A program made the position numbers and the translations under genes. A stretch of 62,976 nt of DNA, taken from positions 1 to 62,976 of the forward strand of contig CAYMUC010000002.1 of NCBI GenBank assembly GCA_964393535.1, in the 5' to 3' direction. Under the pieces are notes generated by a model, which was given only the letters and a program-made list of their open reading frames with translations, was not told the origin of the DNA and ran no database searches. Source of the stretch: an uncultured Ilumatobacteraceae bacterium (lineage in GTDB: Bacteria; Actinomycetota; Acidimicrobiia; Acidimicrobiales; Ilumatobacteraceae). Of this stretch, positions 51,046-60,236 are shown piece by piece. Every line of letters begins with the position of its first letter. Positions within the stretch are counted from its first letter, which is position 1.

Positions 51046-52869
51046 GTGAATGTAGAGACATCCCCCGCGGCAGAAGGGTTCGCCGCACTGGGACTCCGAG
51101 CCGAACTGCTCGAAGCCCTCGCCGATCTGGGCCACGCCGAGCCCACCCCCATTCAGAAAGCGGCCATACCCGCTCTGCTCGAAGGACGAGATGTGCTGGG
51201 CCAGGCTGCAACCGGCACCGGCAAGACCGCAGCCTTCGCCCTCCCACTGCTGCAGCGTCTGGGTGACCTCAACCAACCTCGCCGTGCTGTGGAACCCATG
51301 GCCCTGGTGCTGGTGCCCACCCGTGAACTCGCCATGCAGGTCTCGGTGGCCATCGAGAGCTACGGCGCCCAACTCGGTGTGCGCGTCATCGCCGTGTACG
51401 GAGGCCAACACCCCGGTGTGCAGCTGAACGCACTTCGGCGCGGCGTGGACGTGGTGGTGGCCACACCTGGTCGTGCGCTGGATCACCTGCGACGCGGCGC
51501 CCTCGACCTCAGCGGTGTGGAGGTGGTAGTGCTGGACGAAGCCGACGAGATGTTGGACATGGGCTTCGCCGAGGATCTCGAAGCCCTGCTCGGAGCGACA
51601 CCGTCCGATCGCCAGACCATGTTGTTGTCGGCCACCATGCCGCAGCGACTGGTGGCCATCGCCTCGAGCAATCTGCGCGATCCACTGCAGATCCGCCTCA
51701 CTCCGAAGGCCACTCCCACCGGCGAACTCCCTCGCATCAGCCAGCGGGCCTATGTGGTTCCCCGTGGGCTGAAGGCCGTGGCGCTGGCCCGCCTGCTCGA
51801 GTTCGAGGCACCGGCGGCCGCCATCGTGTTCTGCCGCACCCGCACCGACGTCGACGAGGTGACCGCCGCATTGATCACCCGTGGCGAGCGGGCCGAAGCC
51901 CTGCACGGCGGTATGGATCAGGCCCAGCGCGATCGCGTGATGTCCCGCCTGCGATCGGGAGCCGCCCGCCTGTTGGTGGCCACCGATGTTGCGGCCCGAG
52001 GCCTCGACATCGATCACCTCACCCACGTGGTGAACCACGACGTTCCCACTGCCGCCGAGTCGTACGTGCACCGCATCGGCCGTGTGGGACGCGCCGGTCG
52101 TCAAGGGGTGGCACTCACCCTGGTGGAACCCCGCGAGGTGCACCGCCTCAAGCAGGTGGAACGCCTCACCCGTCAACCCGTCGAGGTACTGGCCATCCCC
52201 TCCGCGGAGGAGGTTCGCGCCCGTCAGTTGGCACGCACCGTGGAGGAGATCCGCCGCACCACCGTGGAAGTGCAGGTCGAGCCATACCGAGGTGCCCTCG
52301 CCGAGTTGATCGGTGAAGTCGGCCTCGAGGCCGTCGCGCTGGCCGCTGCTCGTCTGGTCCACGAAGACCGCACCGCCTCGGTGGACGACACCGACATCCC
52401 CGACCTCCGGCCTTCAGAACCCAAAGAGCGCGGGCCTCGCGCCGTACGCGTCGACGAGCGCGGCGCAAAGCGGCGCAACGACGGCGGTGATGGATCGCGC
52501 GGTGGTGAACGTCAAATGCTGTCGGACCGCACCCGCACCGCCCATGTATGGGTAGGCCTCGGCCGTGACGCCGGTGTTCGCCCGGGAGACCTGGTGGGTG
52601 CCATCGCAAATGAAACCGGCCTGACGGGGCGCGATATCGGCACCGTGCGAATCCAGGACCACTACTCGGTGGTCGAGGTGCCCGCATCGGCAGAGGACGA
52701 AGTGATCGTGTCGCTGGGTCGCACGCTGATCCGCGGCCGCAAGGCCACGGTGCGACGCTTCGATGCGTCGCGATCGCCGCAGGGGCCCAACTCGGCACGC
52801 GCGCCCAAGGCGCGACCAGACTTCCGGGATGGCAAACCGAAAAAGCCCCGACCGCGCCGAGGCGACTGA
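51046..52869 (+). CDS. DEAD-box ATP-dependent RNA helicase (DeaD/CsdA-like, C-terminal DbpA-type RNA-binding domain)
   Basis: 607 aa. Q motif (GFAALGL..PTPIQ), AATGTGKTAAF, VLDEADEML, SAT, HRIGRVGRAGR. Basic C-terminal tail. Confidence 0.92.
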   Translation: MNVETSPAAEGFAALGLRAELLEALADLGHAEPTPIQKAAIPALLEGRDVLGQAATGTGKTAAFALPLLQRLGDLNQPRRAVEPMALVLVPTRELAMQVSVAIESYGAQLGVRVIAVYGGQHPGVQLNALRRGVDVVVATPGRALDHLRRGALDLSGVEVVVLDEADEMLDMGFAEDLEALLGATPSDRQTMLLSATMPQRLVAIASSNLRDPLQIRLTPKATPTGELPRISQRAYVVPRGLKAVALARLLEFEAPAAAIVFCRTRTDVDEVTAALITRGERAEALHGGMDQAQRDRVMSRLRSGAARLLVATDVAARGLDIDHLTHVVNHDVPTAAESYVHRIGRVGRAGRQGVALTLVEPREVHRLKQVERLTRQPVEVLAIPSAEEVRARQLARTVEEIRRTTVEVQVEPYRGALAELIGEVGLEAVALAAARLVHEDRTASVDDTDIPDLRPSEPKERGPRAVRVDERGAKRRNDGGDGSRGGERQMLSDRTRTAHVWVGLGRDAGVRPGDLVGAIANETGLTGRDIGTVRIQDHYSVVEVPASAEDEVIVSLGRTLIRGRKATVRRFDASRSPQGPNSARAPKARPDFRDGKPKKPRPRRGD

Positions 52870-52894
52870 ACTTTCACGTCCTGCGGGCAGCGAG

Positions 52895-53611
52895 GTGCCC
52901 GTGGGCGTGGATGCGCCCCTGTTGGATGTCATGGCCACCATGCGGGCCATGCGACGCCTGAAGCCCGATCCGGTCCCGCGTGAGGTCTTGACCGACATCG
53001 TGCGCGCTGCCACGTGGGCACCCAGCGGATCCGACGCCCAGCACTACGGCTTCGTGGTGGTGACCGACCGAGCGGCGATGGCGCAGTTGGCCGACCTGTG
53101 GCGTGACTGCGTGCACACCTACACGACCCTGATGGGCACCGTGGTGCCCGACGCCTCCGACGACCGTCACGCCCGCATGGCCGACGCACTTCGTTACCAG
53201 GCCGAGCACTTCCACGAGACGCCAGCCGTGATCGCTGCCTGCTATCGCCGCTCGGGCCCCGGGATGAAGCAGTTGCTCGATGTGCGCAACAACGTGGCCC
53301 TTGCTCGCCAACTCGGCGCCGCACGCCTGCGGCGGCTGGCTGCAGGGGGTCGGGCGGCCACCAATCTCGCCGAAGCCTCCAGTATCTACCCCGCAGTGCA
53401 GAACCTGTTGCTGGCTGCCCGCGCCCATGGACTCGGGGCGACGCTCACCATCTGGCATCTGTTTCGCGAGGCCGACTTCCGGCGTGTGCTGGGCATACCC
53501 GATGACCACGGCCTCTACGCCCTGGTGCCGGTCGGCTACCCGGTGGGGCGCTTCGGCCCAGTACGCCGACGCCCCGTGAACGACGTGCTGCACTGGGACC
53601 GCTGGTCCTGA
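52895..53611 (+). CDS. Nitroreductase-family flavoprotein
   Basis: MRAMRRLKPDPVPREVLTDIVRAATWAPSGSDAQHYGFVVV. The start is uncertain: GTG 52895 avoids overlap, while ATG 52829 would overlap the helicase gene by 41 nt. Confidence 0.8.
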   Translation: MPVGVDAPLLDVMATMRAMRRLKPDPVPREVLTDIVRAATWAPSGSDAQHYGFVVVTDRAAMAQLADLWRDCVHTYTTLMGTVVPDASDDRHARMADALRYQAEHFHETPAVIAACYRRSGPGMKQLLDVRNNVALARQLGAARLRRLAAGGRAATNLAEASSIYPAVQNLLLAARAHGLGATLTIWHLFREADFRRVLGIPDDHGLYALVPVGYPVGRFGPVRRRPVNDVLHWDRWS

Positions 53612-53630
53612 GAATTTTTCGCCGATCAGG

Positions 53631-54908
53631 TTGCCATGCGAACACCTGTTCGTTATCGTGCGTTGCGTGCCTGAGTCGACCGATCCACTCATCGCCATCC
53701 GAGCCGCGGTCGACGCCTTGGCTCGCCTCGACCAGTCGCAACTCTGCACGGCCGAGATCGCCGAGTTGGCCGTGGGGTTGCAGCAACAGCAGCAGCGACT
53801 GGATGCGCTCGCAGCGCAACTGCTGGACCGATGGCAGGACGGTGGCCTGTGGGCCGCCGACGGGTCTCGCAGCGCAGCAACCCATCTGGCACGAGAACTC
53901 CGCGCCGGTGTCGCCACGTGCCGACGCGAACTGCGCCGGGCGAGGGCCACCAGGGAACTTCCCCTGGTGGCCAAGGCCATCATCGCTGGTGACCTCTCCC
54001 TGGATCACCTCGACCTGTTCGCTGCCACTCGCACCGACGCTCGCGCTGCGGCCATGGATCGTGATCAGCCGTTCCTGGTCGATCACTGTCGAGGCATGAA
54101 CTACGCCGAGGCTCGCAAGCTCCTGGCCTACTGGGCGAACGCCCACGACGCCACCTTGCCCTTGGCTGACGCCAACGGCCATGTGGACTCATCGCAGGTG
54201 TTCCTGTCGGAGACGCTCGACGGGACATGGCGCCTCGACGGCACACTCGACCCGCTGGCCGGTGGCATCGTGTCGACCGAGCTTCAACGGCTGGAGCGAC
54301 TGATCCAGGAACGCGACGCCGCCGCAGGAAGGGAGCGCACACCCTCTCAGCGTCGTGCGGCGGCCCTGCTCGAGATGGCCCAGCGTTCGTCATCCCACGA
54401 CCACGCACGACTGCCAGCTCGACCACTGTTCACCGTGCTGGTGGGTCAAGACGCACTGAAGAACCTGTGCGAACTCGCCGACGGCACCGTCATCGCGCCC
54501 GGTCAACTCATGCCGTGGCTCAGCACCGCCGACTACGAATCCATCCTGTTCGACGGACCCCACACCGTGATCTCGGTGTCGCACCGCCGCCGCTTCACCG
54601 GCGCTCTACGCCGGGCCATCGAGGTGCGCGACCGGCGCTGCACCCACCCATCCGACTGCGATATCCCGGCCAGCCGCTGCGATGTCGACCACATCGTGCC
54701 GCACTCCCAGCACGGACCCACCAGCCAGTTCAACGGTCGCCTGCAGTGCGCAACGCACAACCGCAACCGCGAGCGGCACGCCAGCTCGCCGATGAGACCC
54801 ATGCCCCACCGGTCCATCACCGAACTCGACCACATCCGGGGCCGACTGCGCTACCAGTACCTTAGCGAGTCCTCCGACGACCCCGAATCCGAAACGGTCA
54901 GCCGATGA
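53631..54908 (+). CDS. DUF222 + HNH endonuclease protein (REP13E12-type)
   Basis: 425 aa (alternative start GTG 53667). C-terminal HNH block: RDRRCTHPSDCDIPASRCDVDHIVPHSQHGPTSQFNGRLQCATHNR. The N-terminal helical region is typical of actinobacterial DUF222 proteins. Confidence 0.8.
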   Translation: MPCEHLFVIVRCVPESTDPLIAIRAAVDALARLDQSQLCTAEIAELAVGLQQQQQRLDALAAQLLDRWQDGGLWAADGSRSAATHLARELRAGVATCRRELRRARATRELPLVAKAIIAGDLSLDHLDLFAATRTDARAAAMDRDQPFLVDHCRGMNYAEARKLLAYWANAHDATLPLADANGHVDSSQVFLSETLDGTWRLDGTLDPLAGGIVSTELQRLERLIQERDAAAGRERTPSQRRAAALLEMAQRSSSHDHARLPARPLFTVLVGQDALKNLCELADGTVIAPGQLMPWLSTADYESILFDGPHTVISVSHRRRFTGALRRAIEVRDRRCTHPSDCDIPASRCDVDHIVPHSQHGPTSQFNGRLQCATHNRNRERHASSPMRPMPHRSITELDHIRGRLRYQYLSESSDDPESETVSR

Positions 54909-55848
54909 GCGGTGCCAGCGTCGCACCCAACAGGGCCACGCGCTCGGGAACATGGCCGTTGGCGGGCATGTTCACCGTGAACCCATCCACGCCCAAGGCG
55001 AGATCGGCGGCGAACTGCTCACCCACGGTGTCGGGATCGCCCACGACGAACCGATGCATCGCTTCGGGGCCCAAGCCCCGGCGGTCGAGCATCTCCTGCA
55101 ACTCCGCCCGAGCCTGCTCCATGGTCGGCGCGATGCAGGCCGATCGCTGCCACGACACCGTGATCTCGGAACGGTCCCGGCCCAGTCGATCACAGTGGTC
55201 GGCCAGCACCTCGAGCTTGCGGGCCACATCACGGCGGTCGCAGATCAGGTTCGACTCATCGGCGTACTGGGCCACCATCCGCAACGTCTTTCTCTCACCG
55301 CCGCCACCGATCATCACCGGAATGTGCCCCACCTGTGCGGGCGAACAGAAGGCCTCATGCATCTGGTAGTGCGCCCCCTCGAAGCTCACCCGTTCACCTC
55401 GCAACATGGGCCGAATGATCTGCAGTGCTTCTTCCAGTTTCTCGAACCGTTCCGTGAACGTGCCGAACGGAATGCCGAAGGCCTCATGCTCGAGTTCGAA
55501 CCAGCCGGCGCCGATTCCCAGTTGTGCCCGCCCCTGCGACACCACGTCGAGAGTGGTCACCGCCTTGGCCAACACGGCCGGGTTCCGGTAGGTGTTGCCG
55601 GTGACGAGCACCCCCAGGCGCACCGTGGTGGTGACCCCGGCCAGGGCACCCAGCAGCGTGTAGCACTCCAGCATGAACTCGTCGGGCGCACCCAGCATGG
55701 GCAACTGGTAGAAGTGGTCCATCACCAGCACGGTGTCGAACCCCGACTGGTCAGCTTCTCGGGCCTGACGAGCGATCACCGGGTACACAGTGGCCTGGTC
55801 GGTGTCGGGGTAGGTGAAGGACGGAATCTGGTAGCCGAGGCGGGTCAT
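54898..55848 (-). CDS. Luciferase-like monooxygenase family, probable F420-dependent oxidoreductase
   Basis: The 3' part of track ORF 54898..57102, starting at ATG 55848 (MTRLGYQIPSFTYPD). LLM blocks: FDTVLVMDHFYQ, LGIGAGWFELEHEAFGIPF. Confidence 0.85.
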   Translation of the reverse strand: MTRLGYQIPSFTYPDTDQATVYPVIARQAREADQSGFDTVLVMDHFYQLPMLGAPDEFMLECYTLLGALAGVTTTVRLGVLVTGNTYRNPAVLAKAVTTLDVVSQGRAQLGIGAGWFELEHEAFGIPFGTFTERFEKLEEALQIIRPMLRGERVSFEGAHYQMHEAFCSPAQVGHIPVMIGGGGERKTLRMVAQYADESNLICDRRDVARKLEVLADHCDRLGRDRSEITVSWQRSACIAPTMEQARAELQEMLDRRGLGPEAMHRFVVGDPDTVGEQFAADLALGVDGFTVNMPANGHVPERVALLGATLAPLIG

Positions 55849-55872
55849 GGCTGGGCAACGTACCCTGTAGCG

Positions 55873-58380
55873 ATGACGCTGGCCGATCGGCTTCCCACTC
55901 GCGGGTCGGATCCACTGGACGTGGTGGAGGCATTCGCTGCCTGGGCGGCCGACGGTGGCCGACCGTTGTACCGGCATCAGGACGATGCCACCATGGCCCT
56001 CGCTGCGGGTGAGCATGTAGTACTCGCCACACCCACGGGTTCGGGCAAGAGCCTCGTGGCTACTGCCGGTGTGGCACTCGCGTTGAACCGGGGCGAACGG
56101 GCGGTGTGGACCGCTCCCATCAAGGCACTGGTGGCCGAGAAGTTCTTCGAGTTGGTGAACCTGTTGGGCGCCGAGCGCGTGGGCCTGGCCACCGGAGACG
56201 CTTCCATCAACGCCGACGCCGAGGTGCTGGTGTGCACTGCCGAGGTGTTGGCCAACCACGCCCTGGCCACCGGCGCCAACAGCCCGTTCGGGTTCGCCTG
56301 CCTGGACGAGTTCCACTACTACGGCGAGGCCGACCGGGGTTGGGCGTGGCAGGTGCCGTTGCTGGAGATGACCCACTGCCAGATGCTGCTGGCCTCGGCC
56401 ACCTTGGGCGACGTGACGGCCCTGGTGCACGACCTCGAGGAGCGCTCGGGGCGAGCCGTTGCCGAGGTGACCTCGGTGCAACGCCCCACACCCCTGCATC
56501 ATCAGTGGCGCACCACGGCGGTGGCCGACAGCGTGCGCGATGCCATCGAAGAGGGCCTCAGCCCGGTGTACGTGGTGCACAGCACCCAGGCCGCCGCCAT
56601 CGAACGCGCCCAGGCACTCGCCAGCCTGCCCTTCACCACCCGAGCCCAGCGCGAGGCCATCGCCGAGGCCCTCCGCGGCGTCAAGGCCACACCGGGGTTC
56701 GGTGTGGTGCTGCACCGGTTGCTCGGCCACGGCGTCGGGGTGCATCACGCTGGCATGCTGCCCAAGCACCGTCGCCTGGTGGAACGCCTGGCCAGCGATG
56801 GCCTGTTGCCGGTGGTGTGTGGTACCGACACTCTGGGGGTGGGGGTCAACCTGCCCCTGCGCACCGTCATCATGTCGGCCCTCACCAAGTTCGACGGCCG
56901 TCGGGTGCGCACCTACACCGCCCGGGAGTTCCATCAGTTGGCCGGTCGCGCCGGCCGCCCCGGCTTCGATCCCGACGGCCACGTGTGGGCGCAGGCACCC
57001 GACCATGTCATCGAGAACCTCCGGTCCTTGGCCAAGGCCGGCGACGACCCGAAACTGCGCAAGAAGGCCGCCAAGGCCAAGCCACCCGAAGGCTTCGTGC
57101 ACTACGACGAGACCACGTTCCAGCGCCTCATCGCCGCCACCCCCGAGCCCCTGGTGTCACGGTTCCGCGTCACCGCCGACCTGGTGGCCACGGTGTTGAC
57201 CCGACCCGACGGACCCACGGCACTGAAGCATCTCCTGCGCACCAACCATGACCCCGAACCCCGCCGACGTCAGCACCGGCGTCGCGCCCTGGCGGTGTAC
57301 CGCAGTCTGGAAGCCGCTGGCGTGGCGGCTCGGCGCCGTGACGCTCAGGGACGCTGCATCGGTGTGGACGTCGGGTCGCTCATCGACGACTCCACCGACC
57401 GTGCCGCACTGCGGTTCTCGTCGCCGCTGCTGCCCTTCGCCCTCGAAGTGATCGCCACCTTCGATTCCGAGGATCCCACCTACGTGGTGGACGTGATCAG
57501 TGTGATCGAGTCGGTACTCGACGAACCCCGCCAGATCGTGGCCGCTCAACTGAATGCTGCTCGCGCACAGGCCGTTGCCACCATGAAGGCCGACGGCGTC
57601 CCCTACGAGGAACGCATGGCGCGCCTCGACGAGGTGACCGCTCCCCGGCCCTTGGCCGAGTTGTTGAGCGCCTGCTTCACCACCTACTCCGAGCGACATC
57701 CTTGGGTGGACGCCGTCCCCGCCCCCAAGTCGGTGCTGCGCGAGATGCTCGAATCGGGTGACACCTTTGCCACGTTCGTACGCCGCTACCGCCTGGATCG
57801 CAGCGAAGGACTGGTCCTTCGCTACCTCAGCGATGCCTGGCGCACGCTCGACCGATCGCTGCCAGACGCAGTGTTCACCGACCAACTCGAAGACGTGGTG
57901 ACGTGGCTCGGGCAGTTGATCCGCGCCACCGATGCCACCCTGCTGGAGGAGTGGGAACGCCTGGCTGGCGCGTCGCATCACGAACATCTCGAACCCGCGG
58001 CACCCGTGCTGGGTCCACCCGGTCCCCCACCTGCCTGGCGTACGGCGGTGCGAACGGCGGCGTTCGGATGGGTGGACCTGCTGGCACGCCGGGCCTACGA
58101 CGCACTGGCCGAACGCTGCGGCTGGACCCCCGAGCAACTCCACGCCGCCATGGCACCGTATTGGGCCGAGCACGCAGCCCTGTACACCGACGCCGACGCT
58201 CGATCGACCACCATGTTCGAACTCAGGGAGGAATCCGACCGGTGGGTGATCACCCAACGCCTCTCCGACCCCGAGGGCAGCGGCGAATGGCGGTTCGTAG
58301 CGCATGTCCCTCTGGCCGAGTCACTCGACCAGGGAGCACCCCTGCTGGTGATGCAGTCGCTGAGTCATCTGGCATCATGA
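55873..58380 (+). CDS. DEAD/DEAH-box (Ski2-like) helicase with a long C-terminal DUF3516-like domain
   Basis: Trimmed to ATG 55873. About 835 aa. Motifs: VLATPTGSGKSLVA, LDEFHYYG, SATLG, QLAGRAGRPGFD. Confidence 0.85.
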   Translation: MTLADRLPTRGSDPLDVVEAFAAWAADGGRPLYRHQDDATMALAAGEHVVLATPTGSGKSLVATAGVALALNRGERAVWTAPIKALVAEKFFELVNLLGAERVGLATGDASINADAEVLVCTAEVLANHALATGANSPFGFACLDEFHYYGEADRGWAWQVPLLEMTHCQMLLASATLGDVTALVHDLEERSGRAVAEVTSVQRPTPLHHQWRTTAVADSVRDAIEEGLSPVYVVHSTQAAAIERAQALASLPFTTRAQREAIAEALRGVKATPGFGVVLHRLLGHGVGVHHAGMLPKHRRLVERLASDGLLPVVCGTDTLGVGVNLPLRTVIMSALTKFDGRRVRTYTAREFHQLAGRAGRPGFDPDGHVWAQAPDHVIENLRSLAKAGDDPKLRKKAAKAKPPEGFVHYDETTFQRLIAATPEPLVSRFRVTADLVATVLTRPDGPTALKHLLRTNHDPEPRRRQHRRRALAVYRSLEAAGVAARRRDAQGRCIGVDVGSLIDDSTDRAALRFSSPLLPFALEVIATFDSEDPTYVVDVISVIESVLDEPRQIVAAQLNAARAQAVATMKADGVPYEERMARLDEVTAPRPLAELLSACFTTYSERHPWVDAVPAPKSVLREMLESGDTFATFVRRYRLDRSEGLVLRYLSDAWRTLDRSLPDAVFTDQLEDVVTWLGQLIRATDATLLEEWERLAGASHHEHLEPAAPVLGPPGPPPAWRTAVRTAAFGWVDLLARRAYDALAERCGWTPEQLHAAMAPYWAEHAALYTDADARSTTMFELREESDRWVITQRLSDPEGSGEWRFVAHVPLAESLDQGAPLLVMQSLSHLAS

Positions 58381-58386
58381 ACGACG

Positions 58387-58863
58387 ATGCCGTTTCGTGA
58401 TGGTGATGGATGGGTGGCCTGCCTGTGCGGTCGGCCCCACTGGGGTCTGTATGGGGCCGCCGGCCTGTTGCTCGTTCGCCGCGACTTGAACGAACCCCAT
58501 GTGCTGCTGCAACTCCGAGCGGCGTGGACGCACGGGGGCGGCACCTGGGCGCTACCCGGCGGAGCGCTCGACTCACATGAGGATCCGGTGGCGGCCGCCG
58601 CCCGCGAAGCTCACGAGGAAGCAGGCATCGACCCTGCACATATCGAGGTGAAGAGCATCTTCACCGACGATCACGGCAACTGGGGCTACCACACGGTGAT
58701 CGCCCACTGCACCGGTGACGCCGGAGCGTTCGAGGCCAACGCCGAGTCCGACGAGGTGCGCTGGGTGCCGTTGCACCAGGTGGCCGACTACGCCTTGCAC
58801 CCCGGCTTTGCCGCCTCGTGGACCCAGGTGCGGGGCCACGTGGACACATCGCTCATGGCGTGA
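58387..58863 (+). CDS. NUDIX hydrolase
   Basis: 158 aa. Nudix box: GGALDSHEDPVAAAAREAHEEAGI. Confidence 0.8.
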   Translation: MPFRDGDGWVACLCGRPHWGLYGAAGLLLVRRDLNEPHVLLQLRAAWTHGGGTWALPGGALDSHEDPVAAAAREAHEEAGIDPAHIEVKSIFTDDHGNWGYHTVIAHCTGDAGAFEANAESDEVRWVPLHQVADYALHPGFAASWTQVRGHVDTSLMA

Positions 58864-59911
58864 GGGGTTCCACCTCGAAGTCCTCGGCCGTGGTGGCGGT
58901 GTCGGACAACGGCACGTAGTACGTGTTCCCCTTCGACACCCAGTCGCCCACCATCTGGAAGAACGCCGGCCCAGCAGCATCGATTCCTCGGATGGGCATG
59001 GAGCCGCGCCGGATGGTGAAGTCGTGAGGAGCCAGTTCGCCAGCCCGCACGAACCACCGTTCGGCAGCCTCGGTACGTCCCTGCTGCGTAAGCCACCACG
59101 CCACGGCGAAACAGGCTCGGGCCTCCTGGTCGGCGGCCGTGGGAACCTTGGTATCGGCGAGCACGTCGCCCGAGTACGCCGGGGCCTCGCCCCGCACCCA
59201 CGCCCGCAGTGCCGCCAACGGCTTGCGGGGATGGAACTTCGTGACCGCCGAATACTCGGCCGACACGTAGTGCACGTCCTGGGGACGCACGATGCGGAAC
59301 TGCTCGTCGATCCACACCACCGTAGGCACATTGACCATGTTGTAGAGGTCTGCGGCACGGTGTTCGGTGTCGACCAGGCTGGGATGCGTGGCACCCGCCC
59401 GTTCCACCCAGGGTCGAGCGTCGTCCAGTGAGCGGTCGATGGCGACCGTGATCACCGACAGGCCTTCGGGGCCGAGTTCTTCGTTGATCGCCTGCCACAC
59501 GGGCAGGTCAGCGCGACACCCTCACCAACTGGCGTAGGCGTACAGCACGATCTTGCGACCCTGATGATCGCTGAGGCGGTGCAGCACCCCGTTCACATCG
59601 GGCAACTCGAAGTCGGGGGCCAGACCCGATCGCAACGCCTCGGCACGCTCGTGAGCCGACGCCCCCAGCGCCGCCACCCGCTCCTGCGGATCCACCACCA
59701 CGGGTCGACCCAAGAGCGCCCCCAGTCGATCGAGTGGAAGCGGACCCGAGGCCACGCCAGCAGGTACGGGAATGCAGACGTCCCCACGACACAGTCCCTC
59801 GGGTTTGCGCTCCCAACCCACCAGGGCGGCATCGATCAACGGCATTCCCTCGATGTCGTCGGCCTGCACGGTGTGCACGGCCTGTTCGTCGATCACGGTC
59901 CACGTGTTCAT
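58853..59911 (-). CDS. ResA/TlpA-like thioredoxin-fold protein with an in-frame TGA at the active-site position (candidate selenoprotein; alternatively a pseudogene)
   Basis: Track ORFs 59522..59911 and 58853..59500 share one frame and are separated only by TGA (59524-59522) and 7 sense codons. Read through, the junction is FELPDVNGVLHRLSDHQGRKIVLYAYASW-U-GCRADLPVWQAINEELGPEGLSVITVAID, which matches the TlpA/ResA block FWASWCGPCR. Total about 352 codons. Confidence 0.6.
59487..59517 (-). promoter_or_regulatory. SECIS-like stem-loop downstream of the in-frame UGA
   Basis: Minus-strand RNA: UGA GGGU-GUCG-CGCUGA-CCUGCC-CGUGU-GGCAGG-CGAU. There is a perfect 6-bp upper stem (59507-59502 with 59496-59491), a 5-nt loop containing GU, and a 4-bp lower stem including one G-U pair. 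The loop lies 24-28 nt from the U of UGA. Confidence 0.4.
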
Positions 59912-59930
59912 GAGTGCGACCTCCCCTGGG

Positions 59931-60236
59931 TCAGAGCAGCATGTTACGCACCAGCGCGGTGACCGCTGCGCCCGACACGATGATGACGATGAGCGGTGCC
60001 CGCCGCCAGGCCAGCACGGCAGCCACGCCCACGCCTACTGCACGGGCGTCGACCACCAGTTCCTGACCACTCGCGAACGTGTCCTTCACGATGAGCGCCG
60101 CCACGAGTGCGGCAGGAATGAGCGCCAGGCAACGGTCCACGACTGCAGGCAGTTGCCGTCCGCCAAGCACCACGAGACCGGTGACCTTGAACGCGTAGGC
60201 CACCGCCGCCAGCACCAACACCAGCGTCCAGGTCAC
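59931..60236 (-). CDS. azlD: AzlD-family branched-chain amino acid exporter small subunit
   Basis: The 3' 101 codons of track ORF 59931..61610, starting at GTG 60236 (GTGA overlap with the azlC stop). Very hydrophobic: VTWTLVLVLAAVAYAFKVTGLVVLG... Confidence 0.75.
   Translation of the reverse strand: MTWTLVLVLAAVAYAFKVTGLVVLGGRQLPAVVDRCLALIPAALVAALIVKDTFASGQELVVDARAVGVGVAAVLAWRRAPLIVIIVSGAAVTALVRNMLL

Noticed and set aside
58853-59911. Reading 59522..59911 and 58853..59500 as two ordinary separate genes.
   Set aside because: They share a frame and are separated only by TGA plus 7 codons. The break falls inside the thioredoxin-fold active-site block, and the downstream ORF would need a GTG start with no upstream spacing. 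Selenocysteine read-through, or alternatively a pseudogene, explains the sequence better. The pseudogene option remains open.
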